NCBI GenBank assembly: GCA_003557965.1
Contig: PWND01000266.1
Location: 1 to 24,000, forward strand
DNA length: 24,000 nt
Reading direction: 5' to 3'
Source: Bacteroidales bacterium
GTDB taxonomy: Bacteria > Bacteroidota > Bacteroidia > Bacteroidales > UBA7960
Shown here: positions 1 through 7,937 of the stretch, piece after piece
Layout of the letters: every line of letters starts with the position of its first letter
Position numbering within the stretch: the stretch's first letter is position 1
Made by a program: the position numbers and the translations under genes
Notes under the pieces: model-generated
What the model saw: only the letters and a program-made list of their open reading frames with translations
Told to the model about the DNA's origin: nothing
Databases searched by the model: none

Positions 1-360
1 AACGTCAAGCATAAGTTTTGGTAATTCCCTGTAGGCGTCAGGGCCAACAACCATATCTATTCTCATTCCCAGTTTCTCTTCTTCCAGTAATTGTGTTTTC
101 AATCTTTCTGCCATGCAGCCAATAACGCCAATAATAAGGCCAGGCTTTGTTTTCCTAAGGCTCTGCAACTCCCTGAGCCTTGCAATAACTCTTTTTTCAG
201 CATTGTCGCGAATAGAACATGTGTTAATAAAAATCACATCAGAATTACCAACCTCTGTTGTTGTTTCAAAACAGTTTTCCACCATAACAGAAGCAACTAT
301 TTAGCTATCCGAAAAATTCATCTGGCATCCGTAGGTCTCTATGTAGAGTTTTTTATTCAT
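1..360 (-). pseudogene. miaB: tRNA-i6A37 methylthiotransferase MiaB, first ~120 codons (gene runs off the window start); frame interrupted by in-frame TAA at codon 20
   Basis: Minus-strand translation from ATG at 360-358 gives [86 protein letters not shown]...[19 protein letters not shown]. This shows the MTTase N-terminal domain hallmarks YGCQMN, NTCSIR and GC. The stop is TAA at 301-303 (read on the minus strand), where MiaB proteins normally read DSE(V/I)VAS. Confidence 0.75.
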
Positions 361-466
361 TGAAAAAAAATATAAACTTTTTTATAAAAGCCTTGTTAAG
401 GTCTTGATTGAAGCTGCAAAGGTACTTAAAAAAGAAGGCTTTATTATAAAATTTTTTCCATCTTTC

Positions 467-499
467 TTTGCATTTTACGAAAGGTTTTGCTTTTCTTTG
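467..499 (+). promoter_or_regulatory. Candidate Bacteroidota sigma-A promoter for topA: -33 TTTG (467-470), 21-nt spacer, -7-like TTtcTTTG (492-499)
   Basis: 10-nt direct repeat TTTCTTTGCA at 463-472 and 492-501. The spacing fits the published -33 TTTG / -7 TAnnTTTG architecture. One mismatch (A to T) in the -7 box. ATG of topA is at 530. Confidence 0.3.
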
Positions 500-529
500 C
501 AGAATTTTAATACAGAAAAATCAGATATT

Positions 530-2875
530 ATGGCGAAAAACCTTGTCATTGTTGAGTCACCTGCTAAAGCAAAAACCATAGAGGGGTTTTTGGGCAAAGA
601 CTTCCTTGTTAAATCCAGTTTTGGACATGTTAGAGATTTGTCGAAAAGCAAATTAGGTGTTGATATAGAAAAAAACTTTCAACCCCAGTACGAAATCCCT
701 GCGGATAAAAAAAAGGTAGTTGCAGAACTGAAAAAAGAAACAAAAAATGCTGACTTAGTTTGGCTGGCAACAGATGAAGACAGAGAAGGTGAAGCAATTT
801 CATGGCACCTGGTTGAAAGTTTAAAAATACCGAAAAACAAATACAAAAGAATAGTATTTCATGAAATTACCAAAAAGGCTATTACAAATGCAATAGAAAA
901 CCCAAGGCAAATTGACACAGCATTGGTTAATGCACAGCAAGCAAGAAGAGTACTCGACCGGCTGGTTGGTTTTGAATTATCACCTGTACTCTGGAAAAAG
1001 GTAAGACCTTCATTATCTGCCGGCAGGGTTCAGTCTGTAGCTGTAAGGCTAATCGTTGAAAGAGAGAAAGAAATTCAGAGTTTTAAAGCACAAAACTTCT
1101 ATAAGGTAATAGCTGAATTTGATTTTGAACACAACGGCCAGCAATTACAGTTTAAAGCAGAGCTTGCAAAAAAGCTTCCAAATAAAGAAACTGCATTTTC
1201 TTTTTTGCAAAAATGCGCAGAAAGCTCATTTTCCGTCGAGTCTGTTGAAACAAAGCCTTCACGAAAAACGCCCTCTGCACCTTTTACAACCTCAACACTA
1301 CAACAGGAAGCAAGTAGAAAGCTTGGGTTTTCGGTTTCAAGAACTATGGTTTTGGCACAAAAACTTTATGAGTCAGGAAAAATTACTTATATGAGAACTG
1401 ACTCCGTTAACCTTTCTGACTCTGTTATTGCAAGTGCAAAAAAGCAAATAACCGAGATTTTCGGCCAAAATTATGCGAAACCCCGGAAGTATGCTTCGAA
1501 AACTAAAGGAGCGCAAGAAGCACATGAAGCTATCAGGCCAACAGACATCAGCAGGAAAAGCTGTGGTGGCGATCCTGCTGAACAAAAGCTTTATGAACTG
1601 ATATGGAAAAGAACTATTGCTTCACAAATGGCTGATGCCGTATTAGAAAAAACACAGGCAAAAATAAACATCTCAAAATCTGATGAAATACTAACAGCTT
1701 CCGGAGAAGTAATTAAGTTTGACGGTTTTCTGAAACTTTATATTGAATCAAAAGAAGAAGAAGACGAAGAAACCTCTAAAGGAATACTGCCTCCATTGAA
1801 AGTGGGACAAAAGCTTAACCTTAATAATATGCAAGCTTTAGAGCGATTTATAAAGCATGCTCCAAGATATACAGAAGCAGGGCTCGTTAAAAAACTCGAA
1901 GAGCTTGGAATAGGACGCCCGTCAACTTATGCTCCAACAATATCTGTAATACAAAACAGGCAATATGTTGTTAAGGAAAGCCGTGAAGGTGAAAAAAGAA
2001 AGTTTTGTGTGTTGGAGCTTAAAAATGATAAAATTCTTGAAATTGAAAATTCTGAAAATACCGGATTTGAAAAAAATAAATTATTTCCCACTGATTTGGG
2101 AACTGTTGTTAATAACTTTTTAGTAGAGTATTTTAAGGATATTATTGATTATAACTTTACAGCAAAACTGGAAAAAGAGTTTGACGAAATTGCACAAAAA
2201 AACACTGAGTGGGAAAGCCTTTTAAAAGAATTTTACTGGCCATTTCATAAAAAAGTTGAGAATGCTCTTGAAAAATCCGAAAGGGTTAGTGGCGAGAGAC
2301 TGTTGGGTAAAGACCCTGCCAGTGGCAAAAATGTATATGTTAAAATAGGACGCTATGGGCCTATGGTGCAAATTGGAGAATCAAACGAAGAAGAAAAACC
2401 AAAGTTTGCTGGCTTGCTAAAAAACCAAAGTATTGATACTATTTCTCTTGAAGATGCACTGGAGTTATTTAAGCTCCCAAGAAAAGTTGGAGAGTTTGAG
2501 GGGAAAGAAGTTGTTGCTGCAGTTGGAAGGTTTGGCCCTTATCTAAGACATGACGGGAAATTTGTTTCTCTTCCAAAAACAGAAGACCCCCTTTCTGTTA
2601 AGCTTGATAAAGCTATTGAAATAATACAGAACAAAAGAGAGGCTGAAAAAAAGAAAATTATTAAAACATTTGAAAACGAACCTGACATTAAAGTTCTTAT
2701 GGGACGGTGGGGGCCTTATATATCTTATAAAGGCGAAAATATTAAAATCCCTAAAAATGTTGAACCTGAAAAAATTACTTTAAAAGAAATTGAAGAAATA
2801 AAAAGCAAATCAAAAGCAACCTCCGGCAAAAAAAAGCGTACAACAAAAAGTAAATCTTCAGGTAAAAAGAAATAA
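530..2875 (+). CDS. topA: DNA topoisomerase I (type IA)
   Basis: Start chosen at MAKNLVIVESPAKAKTIEGFLG (Toprim N-terminus); the TTG at 404 looks like a spurious extension. Motifs: DEDREGEAISWH, catalytic-Tyr region ITYMRTDS, GIGRPSTYA. The C-terminus has three Cys-less GR(Y/F/W)GPY repeats (GRYGPMVQIG, GRFGPYLRHDG, GRWGPYISYKG) and a Lys/Ser-rich tail. Confidence 0.95.
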   Translation: MAKNLVIVESPAKAKTIEGFLGKDFLVKSSFGHVRDLSKSKLGVDIEKNFQPQYEIPADKKKVVAELKKETKNADLVWLATDEDREGEAISWHLVESLKIPKNKYKRIVFHEITKKAITNAIENPRQIDTALVNAQQARRVLDRLVGFELSPVLWKKVRPSLSAGRVQSVAVRLIVEREKEIQSFKAQNFYKVIAEFDFEHNGQQLQFKAELAKKLPNKETAFSFLQKCAESSFSVESVETKPSRKTPSAPFTTSTLQQEASRKLGFSVSRTMVLAQKLYESGKITYMRTDSVNLSDSVIASAKKQITEIFGQNYAKPRKYASKTKGAQEAHEAIRPTDISRKSCGGDPAEQKLYELIWKRTIASQMADAVLEKTQAKINISKSDEILTASGEVIKFDGFLKLYIESKEEEDEETSKGILPPLKVGQKLNLNNMQALERFIKHAPRYTEAGLVKKLEELGIGRPSTYAPTISVIQNRQYVVKESREGEKRKFCVLELKNDKILEIENSENTGFEKNKLFPTDLGTVVNNFLVEYFKDIIDYNFTAKLEKEFDEIAQKNTEWESLLKEFYWPFHKKVENALEKSERVSGERLLGKDPASGKNVYVKIGRYGPMVQIGESNEEEKPKFAGLLKNQSIDTISLEDALELFKLPRKVGEFEGKEVVAAVGRFGPYLRHDGKFVSLPKTEDPLSVKLDKAIEIIQNKREAEKKKIIKTFENEPDIKVLMGRWGPYISYKGENIKIPKNVEPEKITLKEIEEIKSKSKATSGKKKRTTKSKSSGKKK

Positions 2876-2885
2876 GATATATAAA

Positions 2886-4070
2886 ATGGAACTTGAGGCT
2901 TATTTTCAAGGAGTTGATTCTGAAAAAGTAAAAACCAAAAACGATAATCACCCCTTATTGCTGGGGGAGGTAATTGATACTTACTACCAGGGAGGAAGCT
3001 TTCCCCTTTTAGAAAAAAAACAAATTGCTATACTGGGAGTTGCGGAAGACAGGAATGCTCCGCAAAATGAGGGATGTGCTTTAGCTCCTGACTTTGTAAG
3101 AAAATACCTTTATGGGCTTTTCCAGGGGCCTAACAATATAAAAATTGCAGATTTAGGAAATGTAAAATCCGGCCACACACCTGAAGATACGTACTTTGCT
3201 GTAAAAACTGTTGTGGCTGAGCTAATAGACAAGAACATTGTTCCTGTTATTATAGGAGGAAGCCAGGATATTACTTATGCAAATTACCTTGCATATGAAG
3301 CACTTGGGCAAATAATTAATATAGTCAGTGTTGATTCCGCTTTTGATATTGGCCTGAATGCAAACGGCATTAATAACAGAAGCTATCTTAGCAACATTAT
3401 TAAGCATAAGCCAAATTTCTTATTTAACTATACTAATATTGGATATCAAACCTACTTTATTGATCAGGATGCGATTGACCTGATGAACAAAATGTATTTT
3501 GATGTTTATAGAGTAGGGCTTGTAAGAAATAATCTTGAAGAGGTTGAACCACTGGTTAGAAATGCTGATATGTTCACTTTTGATGTTTCAAGCATAAGAC
3601 AATCTGATGCGCCCGGAAACAACTATGCATCACCTAATGGCTTTTATGGAGAAGAAGCATGCCAGGTAGTCAGATATGCAGGGCTAAGTGATAAATTATC
3701 ATCAATAGGCTTTTATGAATACAATCCCGTATTTGACAACGGAGAACAAACCGCACACCTTGTTGCACAATTAATTTGGTACTTTTTTGATGGATTTGCT
3801 CACAGAAAAAATGATTTCCCCGACAGAGAAAGAAAAGATTCCGGAGGGTATATAAAATATGTTGTCTCTATTAAAGATTTTACTAATGAAATAAAGTTTT
3901 ATAAAAGTAAAATAAGTGACCGGTGGTGGATGGAAGTTCCATGCCCCTCGGGAATGCAAATAAAATATGACCGGCAGTTCCTGGTACCCTGTTCATATAA
4001 AGATTACCAGGCTGCTTGTAAAGAAGAAATACCAGAAAAATGGTGGCAGGTATACCAAAAATTTGCATGA
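2886..4070 (+). CDS. Arginase/formimidoylglutamase-fold protein with degenerate metal-binding motifs and a ~90-aa C-terminal extension
   Basis: Ureohydrolase-like layout: IAILGVAEDRN...IADLGNV...VPVIIGGSQDITY...VSVDSAFDIG...FTFDVSSIRQSDAPG...GFYEYNP. It lies 10 nt downstream of the topA stop. See the finding on lost Mn ligands. Confidence 0.7.
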   Translation: MELEAYFQGVDSEKVKTKNDNHPLLLGEVIDTYYQGGSFPLLEKKQIAILGVAEDRNAPQNEGCALAPDFVRKYLYGLFQGPNNIKIADLGNVKSGHTPEDTYFAVKTVVAELIDKNIVPVIIGGSQDITYANYLAYEALGQIINIVSVDSAFDIGLNANGINNRSYLSNIIKHKPNFLFNYTNIGYQTYFIDQDAIDLMNKMYFDVYRVGLVRNNLEEVEPLVRNADMFTFDVSSIRQSDAPGNNYASPNGFYGEEACQVVRYAGLSDKLSSIGFYEYNPVFDNGEQTAHLVAQLIWYFFDGFAHRKNDFPDRERKDSGGYIKYVVSIKDFTNEIKFYKSKISDRWWMEVPCPSGMQIKYDRQFLVPCSYKDYQAACKEEIPEKWWQVYQKFA

Positions 4071-4182
4071 TTTTAAAAAAAATCATGTCGGTATTATAAA
4101 AAATACTACTTTTAGGGTGTAGTTTTTATCAAAAAAACGCAAACCGCGTATAATTACTGATATATAATTAATGTAGGATTTA

Positions 4183-4190
4183 TATATTTG
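4183..4190 (+). promoter_or_regulatory. Perfect -7 box TAtaTTTG, candidate promoter for porP and downstream genes
   Basis: Matches the Bacteroidota TAnnTTTG consensus. No clear -33 TTTG upstream. It sits ~197 nt upstream of the porP ATG (4387). Confidence 0.3.
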
Positions 4191-4265
4191 TACGCTGTCA
4201 ACAATGTTTTTTGTTGCATAATTAACTGATAATCAAAGCGTTCTTTGAATGTTTGACGCCAAAAG

Positions 4266-4289
4266 TTATTAACAACGGCTTGTTAATAA
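4266..4289. repeat. Perfect 10-bp inverted repeat TTATTAACAA-cggc-TTGTTAATAA (possible operator or leader hairpin)
   Basis: Arms at 4266-4275 and 4280-4289 are exact reverse complements. The repeat is ~100 nt upstream of the porP start. Two shorter palindromes precede it: CAACAA-n6-TTGTTG at 4199-4216 and TCAAAG-cgtt-CTTTGA at 4233-4248. Confidence 0.5.
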
Positions 4290-4386
4290 AAATATTTATT
4301 GTATTTTTACCGTCCCTAAAATTAATAGGTAGTTAAATAAAACAAGTTTTTTTACGTTTTCAGAATTGCAAGAGTTATTTTGGAAT

Positions 4387-5334
4387 ATGAAACTGTGGTT
4401 GTTAAATATACTTTTCATCTTTTTGGCTGGCGCTGCACTTGGGCAGCAAGAGCCACAATTTAGCCATAATATGTTTAACAATATGGGGATAAACCCGGGA
4501 TTTGCAGGTTTAAGAAATGCAATTTGTGCAACAGGACTATACCGGCAACAATGGGCAGGCTTTGTTGGTGAAAACGGAGATAAGCTGTCACCAGAAACAT
4601 ACAGCTTAAACGTAGATGCCCCGATTTCTTTTATCAGGGGTGGCCTTGCATTAGGAATATTGCAGGATAATGTTGGATTTCATACAGCAGTTGGCCTTAA
4701 TTTGGCATATTCTTATCATCACAACATGGGCTATGGAAGGTTGGGAATAGGTGGCAGAATAGGACTGGTTGATCAAAGAATAGACTTTTCGCAATTTGAA
4801 CCCGGTCAAGATGGAGACCCTGCCTTAGTTTCACAGGATGAACAAACCAGGATAATGTTGGATTTTGCCTTAGGTGGTTTTTATAAATCTGATGAAAATG
4901 CATGGCTTGGATTGTCTGTTACACAATTAAGGCAAGCCCGTAGCGAAATAGGCGAAGCAATGTATCAAAATGCCAGGCATTATTATTTAGCCGGTGGATT
5001 TGAATACATTTATCCCGGAAATAACGATTATGTTATAAATCCTTCTGCCTTGCTAAAATCTGACTTTAATAGCTACCAAATTGATTTTAATGCAATGGTC
5101 ACATATAAAAACGTTGTTTGGGGTGGGGTTAGCTACAGAGTTAATGATGCTGTTGTGTTTTTGCTTGGTGTCAAATTAGATCAAATCAGTATAGGTTATT
5201 CTTATGACTTCACTACTTCTTTATTAGGCCGTAGTGGCAGAAGCTGGGGAAGTCATGAAATATTGTTGCAATATTGTTTTAACCTGGAAGTTGAAAGATT
5301 GAATCAACCATATAAAAATATTAGATTTTTATAA
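4387..5334 (+). CDS. porP: T9SS outer-membrane protein, PorP/SprF family
   Basis: Start at MKLWLLNILFIFLAGAALGQQEPQFSHNMFNNMGINPGFAG, which is a signal peptide followed by the family-typical QQ.P.FS.Y.FN..NPA.AG opening. Beta-barrel-like alternating sequence, C-terminal aromatic (…NIRFL). It sits directly upstream of porK, as in the P. gingivalis porPKLMN locus. Confidence 0.85.
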   Translation: MKLWLLNILFIFLAGAALGQQEPQFSHNMFNNMGINPGFAGLRNAICATGLYRQQWAGFVGENGDKLSPETYSLNVDAPISFIRGGLALGILQDNVGFHTAVGLNLAYSYHHNMGYGRLGIGGRIGLVDQRIDFSQFEPGQDGDPALVSQDEQTRIMLDFALGGFYKSDENAWLGLSVTQLRQARSEIGEAMYQNARHYYLAGGFEYIYPGNNDYVINPSALLKSDFNSYQIDFNAMVTYKNVVWGGVSYRVNDAVVFLLGVKLDQISIGYSYDFTTSLLGRSGRSWGSHEILLQYCFNLEVERLNQPYKNIRFL

Positions 5335-5342
5335 TATCTTTG
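5335..5342 (+). promoter_or_regulatory. Perfect -7 box TAtcTTTG immediately after the porP stop (candidate internal promoter for porK)
   Basis: TAnnTTTG match; the porP TAA is at 5332-5334. ~100 nt upstream of the porK ATG at 5449. No -33 element seen. Confidence 0.3.
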
Positions 5343-5448
5343 AAAAACATTGTAACCATAGAACTATTTGTTCGTTAAAAAATATATAAAGATGCAAATT
5401 ATCGAAAAAGAAAATATAATTAGTGGTCATATTAAAACAGGAGCTATC

Positions 5449-6744
5449 ATGAAAAGATTAGTTTTTATTGCTTCTATTATCATTTTGTTAAATAGTTGTG
5501 ATGGTGGCAGAGGCCACCTAACCGGAGTTCAGGAAAGGCCTGACTTCCATTATGGCGATCCGCCAGGTATGGTGTTTATTCCCCTAGGAAGTTTCACCAT
5601 GGGCCCATCTGATGAAGACGTAGCTTATTCTCATAATGCTATTTCTAAAACTGTGTCTTTACCATCTTTTTACATGGACCAAACCGAAATAACCAACAAT
5701 CAATACAGGCAGTTTGTATATTGGGTTAGAGACTCAATTGCCCACATGATGCTGTCAGAGTTTGATGAAGGCCACCTGATTCTGCAAGATGAATTCGGAC
5801 AGGATCTGGAGCCTCCACTTATAAACTGGCGACAAAGAATTAATTGGGATGGCGAAGAAGAAAGAGAGTTCCTTGCCGAACTGTTCTTGCCAGAACATGA
5901 AAGGTTTTTCCGCAGAAGAGAAATAGATACAAGAAAGTTGATATATAAATACTACAGAATCGACCTTCAAAGAGCTGCAAGGAGAGACGAAAGAGATACT
6001 CCAAGAAGAGAGTTTGTATTGGAATACGAAACTCACGTTTATCCGGATACATTAGTTTGGATACACGACTTTAGCTATTCTTATAACGAACCAATGACAA
6101 AAAAATATTTTTGGCACCCAACGTATGACCATTATCCTGTAGTTGGTGTCAACTGGATGCAAGCACGGGCATTTACAATATGGAGAACACAGTATTTGAA
6201 TGCTTATATGACCAGCCGTGGAAATTCAATCGCTGCTGATTTCAGGCTACCTTCAGAATCAGAATGGGAATATGCTGCAAGGGGTGGACTTGACCTTAAC
6301 CCATACCCATGGGGTGGCCCTTATATCAGAAATATTGACGGCTGCTTTCTTGCAAACTATAAACCTATGAGAGGTAATTATACCGATGATGGTGGTTTCC
6401 AAACAGTTATTGTCGGACATTACCCGCCAAATGACTACGGACTGTACGATATGGCAGGAAATGTTGCTGAGTGGACAATAGATGCATACGATGAGTCGTT
6501 CTACATTTATGGCCATGATATGAGCATGAGCTATCAATACGAAGCGCATGAAGATGATCCTATAACCAAAAAACGTAAGGTTATTAGAGGTGGTAGCTGG
6601 AAAGACATTGGACATTTCTTGCAGGTAAGTACCAGAACTTATGAATACCAAGATACTGCAAAATCCTACCTGGGGTTCAGAACTGTTCAGGACTATTTGG
6701 GGCGCTCACGTGATGATGGCAGTGGAGCATCAAATGTATATTAA
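5449..6744 (+). CDS. porK: T9SS/gliding lipoprotein GldK/PorK (FGE-sulfatase/SUMF1 fold)
   Basis: Start chosen at MKRLVFIASIIILLNSC (lipoprotein signal with lipobox Cys); TTG 5368 and ATG 5392 are alternatives. FGE-sulfatase signatures: YMDQTEITN, PVVGVNW..A..F, RLPSESEWEYAARGG, YGLYDMAGNVAEW, VIRGGSW. Confidence 0.92.
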   Translation: MKRLVFIASIIILLNSCDGGRGHLTGVQERPDFHYGDPPGMVFIPLGSFTMGPSDEDVAYSHNAISKTVSLPSFYMDQTEITNNQYRQFVYWVRDSIAHMMLSEFDEGHLILQDEFGQDLEPPLINWRQRINWDGEEEREFLAELFLPEHERFFRRREIDTRKLIYKYYRIDLQRAARRDERDTPRREFVLEYETHVYPDTLVWIHDFSYSYNEPMTKKYFWHPTYDHYPVVGVNWMQARAFTIWRTQYLNAYMTSRGNSIAADFRLPSESEWEYAARGGLDLNPYPWGGPYIRNIDGCFLANYKPMRGNYTDDGGFQTVIVGHYPPNDYGLYDMAGNVAEWTIDAYDESFYIYGHDMSMSYQYEAHEDDPITKKRKVIRGGSWKDIGHFLQVSTRTYEYQDTAKSYLGFRTVQDYLGRSRDDGSGASNVY

Positions 6745-6771
6745 AATAATTATTACTTAATAAATTTTTTA

Positions 6772-6779
6772 TACATTTG
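6772..6779 (+). promoter_or_regulatory. Perfect -7 box TAcaTTTG upstream of porL (candidate internal promoter)
   Basis: TAnnTTTG match in the 94-nt porK-porL spacer, 60 nt upstream of the porL ATG. No -33 element seen. Confidence 0.3.
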
Positions 6780-6838
6780 CATCAGCAAAATATATTATAA
6801 AAAATAGTTTTAACGTAAATATTAATGGATTAAGCCTT

Positions 6839-7885
6839 ATGAAATTTGTCCACACAAAAACATTTAAAAACCTCATGGCCAAGTTGTATGGCTGGGGAGC
6901 TTCTATTGTGATTTTAGGAGCACTATTTAAAATCAACCACTACCCAGGTGCAGAGATTATGCTAATCGTTGGTTTGGGAACAGAGGCCCTGATCTTTTTT
7001 ATGTCAGGTTTTGAACCACCACATGATGAACCAGACTGGACACTTGTTTATCCTCAGTTGGCGGGGCTGGATGCAGACGACGCTGCTCCATCCGAAGGTG
7101 CAGTAACAACACAAAATATATCTAATGTTACTTTATCTTCTAACTTAGATAAAATGCTCGAAGAAGCCAATATTGGCCCGGAACTGATTGAAAATTTGGG
7201 AGAAGGGCTTAGAAATCTTGGAGAAAATGCAAAAAAACTTGCCGATATTACAAATGCTTCTGTTGCCACTCAACAGTATGTGCAAAACATGGAAGTTGCA
7301 TCGCAGGCTGTACTGGAACTAAGTGATTCTTACAAAAATACTGCAGAATATCTTAAGCATGACCTTAGCTTGTCAGAAGAATATGCTAACAGTTTACAAA
7401 ACACCGTAGTTGCTCTTGGTGAAATGAAAGAAGCATATAAAGGAACTGCTGAAATTGCTAAGGAAAACCTTCAGGCTTCTGTTGAATATAATGAAAGTAT
7501 TAAAAATCTCAGCCAGTATTCAAATGAAATGGCTGAAAACTATAGCAAAACCGCCGGATTGCTTACCCAGGCTGTTGAAGCTCTTGAAACCTCATCATCA
7601 GGCGGGCAAGTATATGCTGAACAATTAGAAAAAACAACACAAAATTTATCTGCACTTAATGCAGTATATGAGCTACAGCTTCAGGCATCTAATGAACAAT
7701 ACCAAAATACCGACAAACTTAAAGAAAGCGTTAGCCAGTTCATTGAAAACATGAATGAATCAACAGCTGGAACAGAAATGCTCAAAAAAGAAATTTCACA
7801 ACTTTCGCAGAATATTAGCGCACTAAATAGTGTTTATGGCAATATGCTTACTGCTATGAATGTTGGAAATATTGGTAAAGCATAA
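6839..7885 (+). CDS. porL: T9SS/gliding motor protein GldL/PorL
   Basis: N-terminus MKFVHTKTFKNLMAKLYGWGASIVILGALFKINHYPGAEIMLIVGLGTEALIFFMSGFEPP forms two TM helices with the conserved FKI.H motif and a membrane-embedded Glu (GTEAL). The long cytoplasmic coiled-coil tail ends in LSALNAVYELQLQ / ISALNSVYGNMLTAM motifs. Confidence 0.92.
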   Translation: MKFVHTKTFKNLMAKLYGWGASIVILGALFKINHYPGAEIMLIVGLGTEALIFFMSGFEPPHDEPDWTLVYPQLAGLDADDAAPSEGAVTTQNISNVTLSSNLDKMLEEANIGPELIENLGEGLRNLGENAKKLADITNASVATQQYVQNMEVASQAVLELSDSYKNTAEYLKHDLSLSEEYANSLQNTVVALGEMKEAYKGTAEIAKENLQASVEYNESIKNLSQYSNEMAENYSKTAGLLTQAVEALETSSSGGQVYAEQLEKTTQNLSALNAVYELQLQASNEQYQNTDKLKESVSQFIENMNESTAGTEMLKKEISQLSQNISALNSVYGNMLTAMNVGNIGKA

Positions 7886-7937
7886 AAGCGAATTTGATAA
7901 TTAAGAATATTTTTATAAAAGATTAATATAAAGTAGT

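Noticed and set aside
91-363. Plus-strand ORFs 91-363 and 113-304
   Set aside because: They lie antisense to a region with unambiguous MiaB similarity on the minus strand. The translations are low-complexity and Cys/Asn-rich with no recognisable motifs, so these are shadow ORFs.
404-529. TTG-initiated 42-aa N-terminal extension of topA
   Set aside because: The extension (MIEAAKVLKKEGFIIKFFPSFFAFYERFCF…) has no topoisomerase similarity and covers the likely promoter repeats. The canonical Toprim N-terminus begins at ATG 530.
4066-4087. Palindrome CATGATTTT-aaaa-AAAATCATG overlapping the stop codon of the arginase-fold gene, considered as a terminator
   Set aside because: The stem is almost entirely A-T, no T-tract follows, and it merges with an A8 run. 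The evidence is too weak to call a terminator. A nearby 5-bp stem plus T5 (4105-4127) is equally weak.
4296-4481. Minus-strand 61-aa ORF spanning the porP start region
   Set aside because: It overlaps the porP signal-peptide coding region in antisense. It has no upstream promoter box or recognisable features.
5368-5448. Upstream TTG/ATG starts for porK
   Set aside because: The lipoprotein signal peptide with lipobox Cys starts cleanly at ATG 5449. The extension would bury the signal peptide.
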